Assembly: GCA_964637695.1 (NCBI GenBank)
Contig: CAZWVF010000001.1
Span: 7,445 to 71,444, forward strand
Length of the DNA stretch: 64,000 bases
Direction of reading: 5' to 3'
DNA from: an uncultured Gemmatimonadota bacterium
GTDB lineage: Bacteria; Blakebacterota; Blakebacteria; Blakebacterales; Blakebacteraceae
The position numbers and the translations under genes were made by a program. Shown piece by piece: positions 9,653-20,700 of this stretch. The notes beneath the pieces are model-generated. The model made no database searches, had not been told where the DNA came from, and saw nothing but the letters and a program-made list of their open reading frames with translations. How positions within the stretch are numbered: position 1 is the first letter of the stretch; every line of letters starts with the position of its first letter.

Positions 9653-10920
9653 CAGCAGTCGAGCTCCCCGGCGATTACGTTGAGGCTTGAAACGGTCGCT
9701 ATGGCATCCGAGATACTGCCGCCCTTCAGAAGTTCGGCTATCGCACTGTAGTAGTAGAAGCAGGGCCTGCGGACGTGCACGCGGTAAGGTGTCTGGCCGC
9801 CGTCACTGACAACGAAGAAACCGAGTTCGCCGTTGGCCGCTTCCGTGGAATAGTAGTATTCACCGGGAGGCGGACCCGCACCATGCATGATCAGCTTGAA
9901 GTGGTGGATCATACTCTCCATCCTGGTGTAGACGTCCTTCTTGGCCGGCAGGGTTATCTTCGGATCTTCGATCGCAAATGGACCTTCCGGAATGTTCTCT
10001 ACGGCCTGGTCGATGATTCTGAGGCTTTCGAGCATCTCCCTGAGCCGGACCGTATAGCGGTCCCACACATCGCCCCGATCCCCGACCGGTATCTCGAAAT
10101 CAAACTCGTCGTAGCACATGTAGGGACTGGCCCTGCGAACGTCGTAATCGATCCCGGTGGCTCTCAGGTTGGGGCCGGTGAACCCGTAGGAGAGGGCGGT
10201 TTCGGCATCTATCATGCCTACACCCTGGGTACGGTCCATGAAGATCCTGTTGCGGGTCAGTACGTCGTCGAAGTCCTTGAAGGTTGCCGGGAACCTCCTT
10301 ACGAAATCCCTTACATCGTCCACGAAATCGACGGGAACGTCACGGGCGAGGCCTCCGACGCGGCCGAACGTGGTTGTCAGGCGTGCACCGGTCTGCTTCT
10401 CGATGATCTGGTAGAGCCGTTCCCGCTCCTCGTAGAACCAGAGAAATCCGGTGAAGGCACCCAGATCCACACCCAGTATCCCCATGCTGACCAGGTGGTC
10501 CATTATCCGGGAGAGTTCTGCGATTATGGTGCGCACGTACTGTGCCCGTCCGGGCACTTCGATGCCCATCATCGCTTCCACCGCCACAAGCCATCCCACG
10601 TTGTTCATGGGGGCCGAAACGTAGTTCATGCGGTCGGTGCAGTTGAGGAACTGGTTGTACGAGTAAACCTCGCCCAGTTTTTCAAAGGAACGGTGAAGGT
10701 AGCCGATATGCGATTCCACTTCGACGATCCGCTCACCCTCGAGGGTCACGACGTTGTGCAGTACACCGTGCATGGCAGGGTGGTAGGGACCGAGGTTGAG
10801 CAGTACCCGGTCGCTCTGGGCCTCCTCCCCGTACAGATCCATTTCCGGAGGTACAGATTCCCACTGGAGAGCCTCGACCTGCCGCCGGCGGATCTCATCG
10901 CGGTCGGCCCGGCGCGTCAT
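9652..10920 (-). CDS. nuoD: NADH-quinone oxidoreductase subunit D
   Basis: 422-aa ORF with a 49-kDa-subunit signature ([13 protein letters not shown]...RVHVRRPCF). Confidence 0.94.
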   Translation of the reverse strand: MTRRADRDEIRRRQVEALQWESVPPEMDLYGEEAQSDRVLLNLGPYHPAMHGVLHNVVTLEGERIVEVESHIGYLHRSFEKLGEVYSYNQFLNCTDRMNYVSAPMNNVGWLVAVEAMMGIEVPGRAQYVRTIIAELSRIMDHLVSMGILGVDLGAFTGFLWFYEERERLYQIIEKQTGARLTTTFGRVGGLARDVPVDFVDDVRDFVRRFPATFKDFDDVLTRNRIFMDRTQGVGMIDAETALSYGFTGPNLRATGIDYDVRRASPYMCYDEFDFEIPVGDRGDVWDRYTVRLREMLESLRIIDQAVENIPEGPFAIEDPKITLPAKKDVYTRMESMIHHFKLIMHGAGPPPGEYYYSTEAANGELGFFVVSDGGQTPYRVHVRRPCFYYYSAIAELLKGGSISDAIATVSSLNVIAGELDC

Positions 10921-10929
10921 TTCGTGCCT

Positions 10930-11487
10930 CTACAGGTCATGGAGCTCTTTCCACGAGATCATGTGTTTGTTGCCCAGCTGTTCGCCGTGCCTGCTCCTGG
11001 CCCTTTCGGGGCCTTCTATCGGGAAATCCTTCCTCTGCGGGTGTCCCTCGTAGTCGCCGGGCATCAGTATGCGCTGCAGGTTGGGGTGACCGTCGAAGTG
11101 AATGCCCATCATGTCGAACACCTCCCGTTCGGCCCAGTCGGCCGCCGCGAATAGACCGGAAAGTGTTGGTACGGAACCTCCTTCGGGCACATACGCCTTC
11201 ACCCTGATGCGTCGCCCGCCGGAGAGATCGAGGAAGTGCCATATGACGGCGAACCGGTGCGGATGACTTTCGGTATGCTCCTGATAATCGACTGCGGTGA
11301 CATCGAGGAGTATGTCAATGCCCGCTTCCGATGACCCTTCCTTCAGAACTCCGGCAACATCGTTTATGGCGGCAGGATCGATCAGCAGAACCGGCATGTT
11401 GAAGGAATATGAAGATTCCACGAGCCTGTCACCTATGCGGAGACCGACCAGGTCCGCCAGAGCTTCGGACCACCTGGTATCAATCAC
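10930..11487 (-). CDS. nuoC: NADH-quinone oxidoreductase subunit C
   Basis: 185-aa ORF with the 30-kDa-subunit motif (EREVFDMMGIHFDGHPNLQRIL). Confidence 0.9.
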   Translation of the reverse strand: MIDTRWSEALADLVGLRIGDRLVESSYSFNMPVLLIDPAAINDVAGVLKEGSSEAGIDILLDVTAVDYQEHTESHPHRFAVIWHFLDLSGGRRIRVKAYVPEGGSVPTLSGLFAAADWAEREVFDMMGIHFDGHPNLQRILMPGDYEGHPQRKDFPIEGPERARSRHGEQLGNKHMISWKELHDL

Positions 11488-12066
11488 GTCGGGAGCTCTT
11501 TCCCGTTACCGTTCAGTTTGTCATTCAGTGATTTCTGCCACTGCGCATCAACAGCCTGCTGCACCCTGCGCCTGATATAGGCCCTGGCTTCGTGGGCCTG
11601 GCCCGGTTTCTCCTGGATCATTTCCTGCAGCAGGACGAGGCCGTGCAGAAGCAGTTCGGGGCGGGGGGGACATCCGGGCACGAAGACATCCACCGGTATG
11701 AATTCATCTACACCCTGACACACGCTGTATACGTCGAACATGCCTCCCGAAGAGGCGCAGGCGCCCATCGAGACGCACCACTTCGGTTCGGGCATCTGGT
11801 CCCAGACCTTCCTGAGAACAGGTCTGGATTTAAGACATACAGTTCCTATGACGATGAGAAGATCTGCCTGCCGGGGGCTGAACGCCTGTCTCTCCATTCC
11901 GAAGCGGGCAATATCGTACCTGGAGGCCATCGTCGACATGTACTCGATCCCGCAGCAGGCCGTGGCAAATGGTGTGGGCCAGAGGCTGTATTTGCGTCCC
12001 CAGGAGATTACATCCTTCATCTTCCCGGCTATCACGCTGTCGGAGAGCAGGGAGATCATTCCCATT
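11484..12066 (-). CDS. nuoB: NADH-quinone oxidoreductase subunit B
   Basis: NuoB 4Fe-4S motifs (CCGIE...GACASSGG...CPPRPE). The track ORF extends to 12284 and overlaps nuoA. The internal start MGMISLLSD at ~12066 fits operon spacing. Confidence 0.85.
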
Positions 12067-12412
12067 CGAGCCCGCCTTTCCGCCACACGTACGCCAGCCC
12101 GAGAGTCAGAATCGTCACGAATACAAGCATCTCCACCAGCCCGAAGAGACCCAGCCGGCGGAACAGAACCGCCCACGGAAAGAGGAATACCGCTTCGATA
12201 TCGAATATTATGAACACCAGGGCGACCAGGTAGAACCTGACCTGCATGCGGCGCTGCATGGCATCCCTGACGGGAACGCCGCATTCAAAGACATCGAGCA
12301 GGTGTTCCTGGGAAGATCGGGCGCCGAAAAGCCGGGGCATCATCAGCAGCAGGCCGCACAGGATCAGGCTGAAGAAGAGGAGGAGACCCAGGGCGAGAAA
12401 GTCATGGTTCAT
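12056..12412 (-). CDS. nuoA: NADH-quinone oxidoreductase subunit A
   Basis: Three-TM small protein with FDIEAVFLFPWAV. Likely start is MNHDFLAL at 12412; an alternative upstream ATG is at 12472. Confidence 0.8.
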   Translation of the reverse strand: MNHDFLALGLLLFFSLILCGLLLMMPRLFGARSSQEHLLDVFECGVPVRDAMQRRMQVRFYLVALVFIIFDIEAVFLFPWAVLFRRLGLFGLVEMLVFVTILTLGLAYVWRKGGLEWE

Positions 12413-12480
12413 CTGCAGATTCCACTCATTAACTGCTGCTCTGTAAAGGCGGAACGTAGTGAAATTTTTCACAAGTCCCG

Positions 12481-12509
12481 TTAAATAAAAGGGCTTTTAC
12501 TTAAGCCCT
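12481..12509 (-). terminator. Intrinsic-terminator-like hairpin on the minus strand just upstream of nuoA
   Basis: Minus strand reads AAGGGCTT-AAGTAA-AAGCCCTT followed by TTTTATTTAAC. This is a 7-8 bp GC stem with a U-run. Its position, 10-70 nt 5' of the nuoA start, is unusual. Confidence 0.4.
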
Positions 12510-12851
12510 CACGAACTATTAAATGATCGTTGTCCATTTTCTCAAGGATTATCTGCAATACCAACGCCACAGGACCGGTCTATTAGACATTTTTCTATAA
12601 GCAAATCAAAGCGACGGATCGTTTTGATTAACAGGTCGTGGAACACCGGTCGGAGATTTCAGGTATAGATGTATACAGGTGTTTTATGATTCAGGGCATT
12701 GGAGGTCGAAGGTTCGGGTCCTCCAGGGTGTCTAACTCATTGAGACACTTTGAAGAGTCTGTCGGATGCCGGCGCAAGCCGCAGCCGATGCGATTCTCCG
12801 GCAGACTCCTGAGTATCTGTTGATTGAATCCGACGAAAGGAAGTAACAGTC

Positions 12852-14510
12852 ATGCACCGATCCTCGATTTGCATACCGGCGGCCGGCAGAAAGCACTGCA
12901 CGATCCTCCTGCTGGCGGCGCTTTTCATCACGCCGGTCTATGCCCAGGTTGAGACTCCGCAGATTCAGGAGCCCGAACCGATCCAGGCGACGCAGATAGA
13001 AATGTTCACGCAGGAAGACGCCGAAATGGTCCTCAATCTTCAGCAGGTGATCGATCTGGCGCTCGACCAGTCGTTCCAGGTCTACCAGCTGAAGCAGAGT
13101 TATCTGCAGACCGCCTATTCACTGGAGCAGGCCAGGAGGAACCTGCGAACCAGGGTGGATCTGCAATCGACGATCCCCAGTATCCAACAGGGGCTGAATC
13201 CTACATTCTATTTCAATCCGGCCACTCAACAGCAGGAGCTGGCCTACCTGCGAACCGGGAGGACAAACTTCTATTCCAGGATCACGGTGCAGCAGCCGCT
13301 GATCACTAACGGATCGATATCGCTGGAATCCCGCCTCAGCGGTTTCGATTCCTTCAATGAGCGTGCTTCAGGTGATCCGGCCGAGACCCGTTCGATGTCA
13401 CCCACAATAGGGATCAATTTCAACCAGCCGCTCTTCCAGTACAACGACATCAAGAACGAGCTGAGGAACGCAGAGCTCAGTTTTGAATCCCTTGAGGCCA
13501 CTTATACCCAGGACGAGCTGAGCCAGATCAACGGGATCACCAACCAGTTCTACTCTCTCTTCAGGCAGCAGAAGTCGCTGGCCGACGTTGCGGAGTCATT
13601 CCGGTTGAGCGACATCAATTACCAGATCGGTCTGCGCAAGTACCAGGCGGGTCTGATAGCCGAGGTGGACAAGATGCGCCTGGAAGTGCAGAGGGCCAAC
13701 GACCTCGACCGGCTCGAAAACGCCAGGAACTCTCACGAACAGCAGCAGTTCCAGTTCAACCGCCAGGTGGGACTTCCCCTGGAGACGAAGATCTGGGTGG
13801 TTGCCAGCGAGGAGTACCGACCGATCGAGGTGGACGTCAACCGGGCGCTCGAACTGGCATTCGAGAACAGGGCGGAAATGAGACTTCAGGAGATCACCCT
13901 TGAGCAGTCTGACCTGAACCTGCGCCGCACGATCAGCATGGGTCGTCCAAACCTGCAGCTCAACCTGGGTTACGACCTGCAGGGCAACTCCACACTTGGC
14001 GGACTCAATGCCTCAAATTCCTGGTCGGATCACCTTTCCGAAGCCTTCAATCCCGACAACCAGAGCCCCAACACAAACGTCAGCCTCACGCTGCGGGTGC
14101 CGCTATTCGACTGGGGCCGCAACGAGGCGGCTGTACAGAGGCAGATGGCCGGCATCGCCGTGCAGGAACGAAGGTTGGAAGAGGTAGTGGAGAACCTGAA
14201 AAGAGATGTCATCAACCGCGTACGCTCTGTAGAGAGCGCCATGCGACGCATGGAGATCCAGACGGCCAACCGTGTAGTGGCCGAGAGAAGTTACGAGATC
14301 AGCCAGCTGCGCTACGAACGCGGTGAAACAACGATCATTGAGCTGCTCAACGACCAGCAGCAGTACAACAGCACGCAGGAGAACTTCCTGAGTGCGCTCA
14401 TCACGTTCGAGCAGGCCAAGGCGAGTTTAATGGAATACACGCTGTGGGACTGGGAGACCAACGAACCGGTCCGGCGGCGGACGTCGCCCCCGACGCCATT
14501 CGGCAAATAG
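12852..14510 (+). CDS. TolC-family outer membrane efflux protein (OMF 1)
   Basis: 552-aa ORF with a signal peptide. Long coiled-coil-rich sequence with the repeat structure typical of outer membrane factor proteins. First gene of an efflux operon. Confidence 0.82.
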   Translation: MHRSSICIPAAGRKHCTILLLAALFITPVYAQVETPQIQEPEPIQATQIEMFTQEDAEMVLNLQQVIDLALDQSFQVYQLKQSYLQTAYSLEQARRNLRTRVDLQSTIPSIQQGLNPTFYFNPATQQQELAYLRTGRTNFYSRITVQQPLITNGSISLESRLSGFDSFNERASGDPAETRSMSPTIGINFNQPLFQYNDIKNELRNAELSFESLEATYTQDELSQINGITNQFYSLFRQQKSLADVAESFRLSDINYQIGLRKYQAGLIAEVDKMRLEVQRANDLDRLENARNSHEQQQFQFNRQVGLPLETKIWVVASEEYRPIEVDVNRALELAFENRAEMRLQEITLEQSDLNLRRTISMGRPNLQLNLGYDLQGNSTLGGLNASNSWSDHLSEAFNPDNQSPNTNVSLTLRVPLFDWGRNEAAVQRQMAGIAVQERRLEEVVENLKRDVINRVRSVESAMRRMEIQTANRVVAERSYEISQLRYERGETTIIELLNDQQQYNSTQENFLSALITFEQAKASLMEYTLWDWETNEPVRRRTSPPTPFGK

Positions 14511-14588
14511 GTTTACGGGGAAAGGTACTTAAAGTGTCTCACTGCGTCCTCTGACAGGGGCGCACACATCATCGAAGGAGGATTCCCG

Positions 14589-16199
14589 GTGCGGATCTTT
14601 CCTATATTCCGGTTCGTTTTTGCCGGATTATCAGTTGCCGTCCTCATCATGCCCGCTGCAGCTGGAACAGTTTCAGCCTTCCAGCAGCAGGAGATCGAGA
14701 TACCGGGCCGGCAGGACGCCGACCTGGTTCTCGAGCTGCGGCAGGCGATCGACGTCGCCCTCGATAAATCTTACGGGATTTTCCAGATGCAGCAGCAGTT
14801 CCTGCAATACTCATATCTGCTGGAGGTCTCTCAGCGGGCTCTGAGGACACAGATAAACCTCAGTTCATCGGGGCTGCCCAATATCAGCCAGCGTATTGAC
14901 GCTCAACTGCTGGGACAGCCGCCTGAACTCACTTACCTGAGACGCAACTCCACCTCGGGAGATTTAAGCCTCAGCATATCTCAACCGCTGATCACCGACG
15001 GCAGATTCTCATTCAATGCAGGTTTCTACGGAAGCCAGGCTATCCAGAACCTGACGGGAGGGCTGGACCTGAAGAACAGGTCGATTCAACCCTATGCGGG
15101 AATCGGATTCAGACAGCCCCTCTTCCAGTACAACCAGATCAAGGGCCAGCTGCGCAGCAATGAACTCTCTGTGCAGGGACAGCGCCTCCGCTATACAGAG
15201 GATGAACTGCGGCAGATTAACAGCGTCACGCGCAGTTTCTACAACCTCTTTCAGCAGCAGCAGAGGGTGGAAATAGCAGCCGAGAACTACCGGCAGAGCG
15301 AGATCAACTACCAGACAGGAGTCAGGCGTTACCAGGCGGCCCAGCAGAGCGAAGTTGTGATACTGGGACTGCAGGTGGACAAGGCCAATGTGCTGAGCGA
15401 TCTCGAATCGGAGAAAACGGCTCTGGAGAGACTCCGCTTTGCATTCAACCGGGTAGTCGGCCTGCCGCTGGAAACGACCGTCTGGGTTGAGTCAACACTC
15501 GAATACAGGCCGATTGAGGTGGATGTGGACCGTGCGCTCGAACTGGCCATGCAGAACCGTTCAGACGTGCAGAGGCAGCGGATCCAGCTCGAACAGGACA
15601 ATCTGACACTGAAGCAGCGGATCAGCGAAGGCCGCCTTGATCTGCAGTTCTCCGCCTCCTACAGCCTGACGGGCAATTCGACCCTCGGCGCTCTTGATTA
15701 CGATGATCCGTGGTCGGATCATCTGAGCGCCGCCCTCAGTGCCGACAACCGCAGTCCCTTCACCAACATCTCGCTGACACTCCAGGTCCCCATTTTCGAT
15801 GGGGGGATGAACTCGGCTTATGTAGAGAGGCAGATGTCGGTGATAAGTCAGCGGGAACGCGATATAGAGGAGACCCGCGCCGACCTCCAGGTAGAGGTGA
15901 TAAACAGGGTGAGGGCAGTGGAGGGGACGATGCGCCTGGTGGAGATCCTGGAAGAGAACCTGCAGATAGCAAGGACCAGCTACCAGATAAGTCAGCAGCA
16001 GTTCGAGAGAGGTGAGATAGACCTCGAAACTCTGCTGAGGGCTCAGGATCAGAGAAGGAACACGGAAGACAGACATCTGGGTGCCTGGATAGCTTTCGAA
16101 ATGGCAAAGGCGGACCTCAAGGAGATCACCCTGTGGGACTGGGAGACCAATCAGGCCGTAAGCCAGAGAACAGACTTCCCGGTGCCCTTCGGTGGATAA
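14589..16199 (+). CDS. TolC-family outer membrane efflux protein (OMF 2, tandem paralog)
   Basis: 536-aa ORF with a GTG start and a strong GAAGGAGG Shine-Dalgarno. Clear paralog of OMF 1 with matching motifs (QPLITDG, FNQPLFQYN, TLWDWETN...PxPFG at the C-terminus). Confidence 0.82.
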   Translation: MRIFPIFRFVFAGLSVAVLIMPAAAGTVSAFQQQEIEIPGRQDADLVLELRQAIDVALDKSYGIFQMQQQFLQYSYLLEVSQRALRTQINLSSSGLPNISQRIDAQLLGQPPELTYLRRNSTSGDLSLSISQPLITDGRFSFNAGFYGSQAIQNLTGGLDLKNRSIQPYAGIGFRQPLFQYNQIKGQLRSNELSVQGQRLRYTEDELRQINSVTRSFYNLFQQQQRVEIAAENYRQSEINYQTGVRRYQAAQQSEVVILGLQVDKANVLSDLESEKTALERLRFAFNRVVGLPLETTVWVESTLEYRPIEVDVDRALELAMQNRSDVQRQRIQLEQDNLTLKQRISEGRLDLQFSASYSLTGNSTLGALDYDDPWSDHLSAALSADNRSPFTNISLTLQVPIFDGGMNSAYVERQMSVISQRERDIEETRADLQVEVINRVRAVEGTMRLVEILEENLQIARTSYQISQQQFERGEIDLETLLRAQDQRRNTEDRHLGAWIAFEMAKADLKEITLWDWETNQAVSQRTDFPVPFGG

Positions 16200-16300
16200 G
16201 CGTGCGGGAGGAACGGGACAAAAGCAGGGGCTGTTAACGTATATACTGAAAACGCTGAAACGTATCAGCGGCAGACAGGAGAAGCAGGAAAGGACATCAG

Positions 16301-17644
16301 ATGGCATTTAGCGCCAGGTCACTGGTAAAACCACTGGTCATAACAGTAATCCTTGGCGGTGCAGTCTCTCTGGTCTACTGGAGGGTCACTTCAGAGAAGG
16401 AGAAGGAGGCTGCCGCGGTTCCCGAACTGGGCAGTGCAGAGGAGCAGGAAGCCGCACTTCAGGGACTCTTCCGGGGGACCGATCCGATTCCGGTCAAGGC
16501 CACTCCCGCCGTTCTGGGCACTCTCGTGCAGACCGTCCATGCCGAGGGCCGCGCCCAGCCGCTGCGTCAGGTCAGGGTGACCAGCCAGGTGAGCAGCCTT
16601 CTGGAGAGGGTGCTGGTCAAGGAGGGGGACTACGTCCGGGCCGGCCAGACCCTGATGGTAATCGACGATGAGCAGTACAGGCTGGAACTGGAGGATGCCC
16701 AGGCCTCACGGCTGCAGGCCAATGCAGACTATGCCGCGAGCCTTGACGAGACCGATACCGTCACCAGAGAGGGGCTGGAACTGCCGCAGGCGTCCATGAG
16801 CAGTGCGGAACTGCAGCAGATGGAAACGCGGTACCGACGGGCCCTCGACGCATACCGGCAGGGAAACATGGGAAAGGATGAGTTCCAGGAGATAGAGCTG
16901 GATTACAAGACGGCTCGGATCCTTGCGGGGATGGAGCGGGGGAATATACTGAAAGCCCGTCTGACACAGCGCCAGATAGCGGTCCAGAGGGCCGAGCGGA
17001 ATCTGGAGCGCACCAGCGTCAAGGCCCCCTATTCAGGCTACGTAGCCGACCTCGACGTATCGGCTGGGGAATACATTTCGGGCAGCACACAACTGCTGAC
17101 CCTGCTCGACCTGAGCACGATGAGAGTCCGGGTAGATGTGCTGGAGAGTGAAATAGCCCCCCTGAAGCCGGGAAGGAAAGCCGAGATAGAGTTCACGGCC
17201 CTGAAGGGTCAGGTTTTCAAGGGTACCGTGGTCTCGGTCAATCCGATCATCAATGCCCAGACCCGCACCGGCAGGGTGACGCTCGAGTTGAGCAACCCGG
17301 AGGGGAAGATCACTTCGGGCATGTTCGCCCGGGCGAGGATCTTCTCCAACAATATCGAGAACGTGCTGATGGTGCCTCTCGAGGCCATAGTAGAGAGGGA
17401 CGAGAGGACCCTCGTCTTCGCAGTGGAGCAGTCGGAAACGGAAGATAAACCCGATATAGCCAAATGGCGATACGTGCAGCTGGGCGAGACCAACGACACC
17501 CACGTGATCGTGTATCCCACCGATAATCCTCACGAAGGTGTGAGGCCCGGCATGCTGATACTGATTGAAGGACACGTAAGCCTGCAGCACGACAGCCCGG
17601 TCAAACTGCTGGATATAGTGGACGCGGCCGTGCTCACTCCATAA
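16301..17644 (+). CDS. RND efflux periplasmic adaptor (membrane fusion protein, HlyD/AcrA family)
   Basis: 447-aa ORF with an N-terminal TM helix, coiled coil, and lipoyl/beta-barrel motifs (VKEGDYVRAGQTLMVIDD). Confidence 0.85.
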   Translation: MAFSARSLVKPLVITVILGGAVSLVYWRVTSEKEKEAAAVPELGSAEEQEAALQGLFRGTDPIPVKATPAVLGTLVQTVHAEGRAQPLRQVRVTSQVSSLLERVLVKEGDYVRAGQTLMVIDDEQYRLELEDAQASRLQANADYAASLDETDTVTREGLELPQASMSSAELQQMETRYRRALDAYRQGNMGKDEFQEIELDYKTARILAGMERGNILKARLTQRQIAVQRAERNLERTSVKAPYSGYVADLDVSAGEYISGSTQLLTLLDLSTMRVRVDVLESEIAPLKPGRKAEIEFTALKGQVFKGTVVSVNPIINAQTRTGRVTLELSNPEGKITSGMFARARIFSNNIENVLMVPLEAIVERDERTLVFAVEQSETEDKPDIAKWRYVQLGETNDTHVIVYPTDNPHEGVRPGMLILIEGHVSLQHDSPVKLLDIVDAAVLTP

Positions 17645-17711
17645 AGGCGGATCCAGGCAGATATGGAAATGAACATCCATAGAGACTCCATTTCAGATTC
17701 GGAGATGCCCC

Positions 17712-20700
17712 GTGCACATATCTGAACTATCGATCCGCCGGCCTGTCGCCACCGCCATGTTCTTCCTGGCAGTTGTACTGATAGGTGCGATCAGTTTCAG
17801 CCGTCTTGCCGTAGACCTCTTTCCCAGTCTCTCATTTCCACGACTGGTGGTCTGGACCACATACACCAACGTCTCTCCTGAAGAGGTGGAGCAGTTCATT
17901 TCGGAGAGGATAGAACAGAGCCTTCTGCGGGTTCCCGGCATTCGCGAGATCCACAGCGTCTCACGCGAAGGGGTCAGCCTGGTCACGGTCGAGTTCAACT
18001 GGGATGTGGACATGGAGTATGCGATGCTCAACGTCCGCGAGAAACTCGATATCCTGCGCAGTCAGCTGCCCGAACTGGCAGGTCGTCCCACCATCCTGAA
18101 AGCCGATCCGAACGCCGAACCGATAATGAGCCTTGCTGTATCGGGCAGGGGCGGTCTCCACGAGATCAAGGGCCTGGCCGACAACGTTGTGAAGCGGCGC
18201 CTCGAACAGATTGACGGGGTCGCCCTGGCTGCTGTCACCGGAGGGACCGAAAGGCAGATACGGGTCGAGGTGAACAGGGAGATAGTCGAGTCGCTGGGGA
18301 TCACCCTGCAGCAGGTCCAGAATGCCCTGGCCAACTCCAACATGATGTCCATGGGAGGCAACATCAACCGGGGCAGATTCCAGTGGTACCTGCGCCCGAT
18401 CGGGGATTTCCAGACCATCGAAGACATAGAGCAGGTTGTGGTGGTCAGCAGGGGTTCCCGGCTGGTGAAGATATCAGACATCGGCGAGGTCGTGGACGGC
18501 TTCAAGGAACGGGACAACCTGACCCGCTTCAACGGTTCGGAGAGCATCGGTATCCTGGTACAGAAGGAGGCCGGCAGCAATACCAGCCAGGTCTCTTCCA
18601 AGGTGCATGAAGTTCTGGATGAACTGGAAGTGGAATACACCGGACTCGACGTGGCGATAGCCTTCGACCAGGCCGAATTCGTAAACAACAGCATCGGCAA
18701 TGTGATCTGGGCGATCGCCCTCGGAGGCCTCTTCGCATTCCTGATGCTCTTCTTCTTCCTGCACGATATCAGGAATCCTCTGAACATCGGGCTGGCCATA
18801 CCAATTTCGATCATCGCCACATTCAGCCTCCTCTATTTCGCCGGTATCACTCTCAACATGATGAGTCTCGGCGGGCTGGCACTTGGTGTCGGTCTGCTGG
18901 TCGACAACTCCATCGTTGTGCTGGAGAACATCTTCAGGCACCGGGAGGAGGGTGAAGACCGCTTCGAAGGAGCGATAAATGGTGCGCGCGAGGTGGCGAT
19001 GGCCGTAACCGCCTCCACCTTTACGACCATCAGCGTCTTCCTGCCGATAATCTTCGTCCAGGGTGTCGCCGGGCAGCTCTTCCGCGACCAGGCTCTGACA
19101 GTGGCGTTCAGCCTTCTGGCTTCACTGATAGTATCGCTGACCATTCTGCCGATGATGGCCAGCCGGTTTCTGCACATGGAGTCGTTCATAAAGGAGAAGC
19201 TCGAAGCCGACAGGTCTGCCGGGAGAGATGCAACCGGGACGGCCGGAGGAGCTGCCGGCGTGATAGAAGAATTTACGCCGCCCGGGAAGCCTGCCGGATT
19301 CTTCAAGCGCATTCTTCTGGTCGTATCGTGGCCTTTCAGGAAGCTGTTTAAGCTTGTCAGGTGGGTGTTCCGACTGGCCGGCGGATTGATGAATGCAGCA
19401 GGCCGCATCCTGATGCTCGGTTTCTCTTCGGCGCTCCGGAATGTATCGCAGGCGGCCCGGAAAACGACGGCGCCTCTCTTCCGCGGTTTCGATCGCGCTT
19501 TCGAACGGTTCTCGAACATCTACCACAACGCACTCGAATGGTCGCTCGACCACCGCAGCAGGATCCTGGCCTTCTGCGGGGTGCTCATTCTGCTGGCACT
19601 GTGGATCGGGTACAGACTGGATAAGCGTCTGATACCGCAGGTAGATCAGGGGGAATTCAGCATCTCGATGGTGCTGCCGGCCGGTTCCAGCCTGGAGTCT
19701 ACATCCGAAGCGGCAGCCGTCATCGAAGGCTGGCTGCTCGAAATGGAAGAGGTACAGCACGTATTCATGAATGCGGGTTTGATCCGGAGTGAAAGCGCGC
19801 TGGGCAGCCAGGATTCAGACATAAACATGGCCACGCTCAGGGTGCGGCTGAAGCCGAAGGCAGAGCGCAACACATTCGAGATAGTATCCGAGCTGCGCCA
19901 GCGGGGTACTCAGCTCTATGGAGCCGAGCTGACCTTCAATACAGGGGAAACGACCTTTACAGAGATCCTGGGCACCAGCCAGGCCGATCTGGCGGTCAAG
20001 GTGCGCGGGCTCAACCTCGATGTCATGCAGAAGCTGGCAGACGGGGTTGAGGAAAAGCTGGGCGACGTGGAGGGCCTGCGGGATATCAATTCGGATTTCG
20101 CCATCGGCAAACCGGAGATCCGGCTCACGGTGGACCGGCGCGTCACCGAGCAGTACGGCCTTTCTGTCAGGGCGGTAGTGGATATGGTCTCCTCGACGAT
20201 AAAGGGGAACATCGCTACCGAGTTCCAGGACTTCGACAGGAAGGTTGAGGTTCTGGTCAGGGAGGGGGAGGCCGACCGGAAATCCCTTCAGCAGATCCTC
20301 TCTATGGGATTACCCCTTCCCACCGGCGGCGGGGATCGGATACCCCTGCGCGAGCTGGTGGACTGGCGCTACACCACCGGACCCAACGAGGTGAGAAGGG
20401 AAGCTCAGAACAGGCAGATCACGGTTTTTGCCAGCGTCGAGGGCCGCCGCCTCGATGACGCGATCGCCGAGGTGGAATCGCTGATGCTCGGCATGGCGGT
20501 ACCCGACGGTTATGAAATCGTGGTCGGGGGTGTGAACGAAGAGATGAGACGGTCGTTCAGGAGTCTTTTCTTCGCCCTCGGGCTGGCGATCCTGCTGGTC
20601 TACATGATCCTCGCTGCACAGTTCGAAAGCCTGATCCATCCCTTTACCATCATGTCAACCGTACCTCTGGCAGTGATTGGCGTGGTGCTCGCCCTGCAGA

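Noticed and set aside
9775-11154. Long antisense ORFs inside nuoD, the RND genes, ribD, ribBA, secA and others (e.g. 9775..11154+, 18062..18820-, 23222..24424-, 44997..45941-, 49243..50445-, 50476..51591-)
   Set aside because: These are typical stop-codon-poor reverse frames of high-GC genes. The sense frames have unmistakable homology (Nuo, RND, RibD, SecA).
12697-12725. tRNA T-arm-like stem GGAGG-TCGAAGGTTCGGGT-CCTCC
   Set aside because: No acceptor, D or anticodon arms could be assembled around it on either strand. The loop is 14 nt rather than 7.
16263-16281. Small hairpin CGCTGA-AACGTA-TCAGCG upstream of the adaptor gene
   Set aside because: Only 6 bp with an AT-rich loop, inside an operon spacer. 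Too weak to call a terminator or a site without recurrence data.
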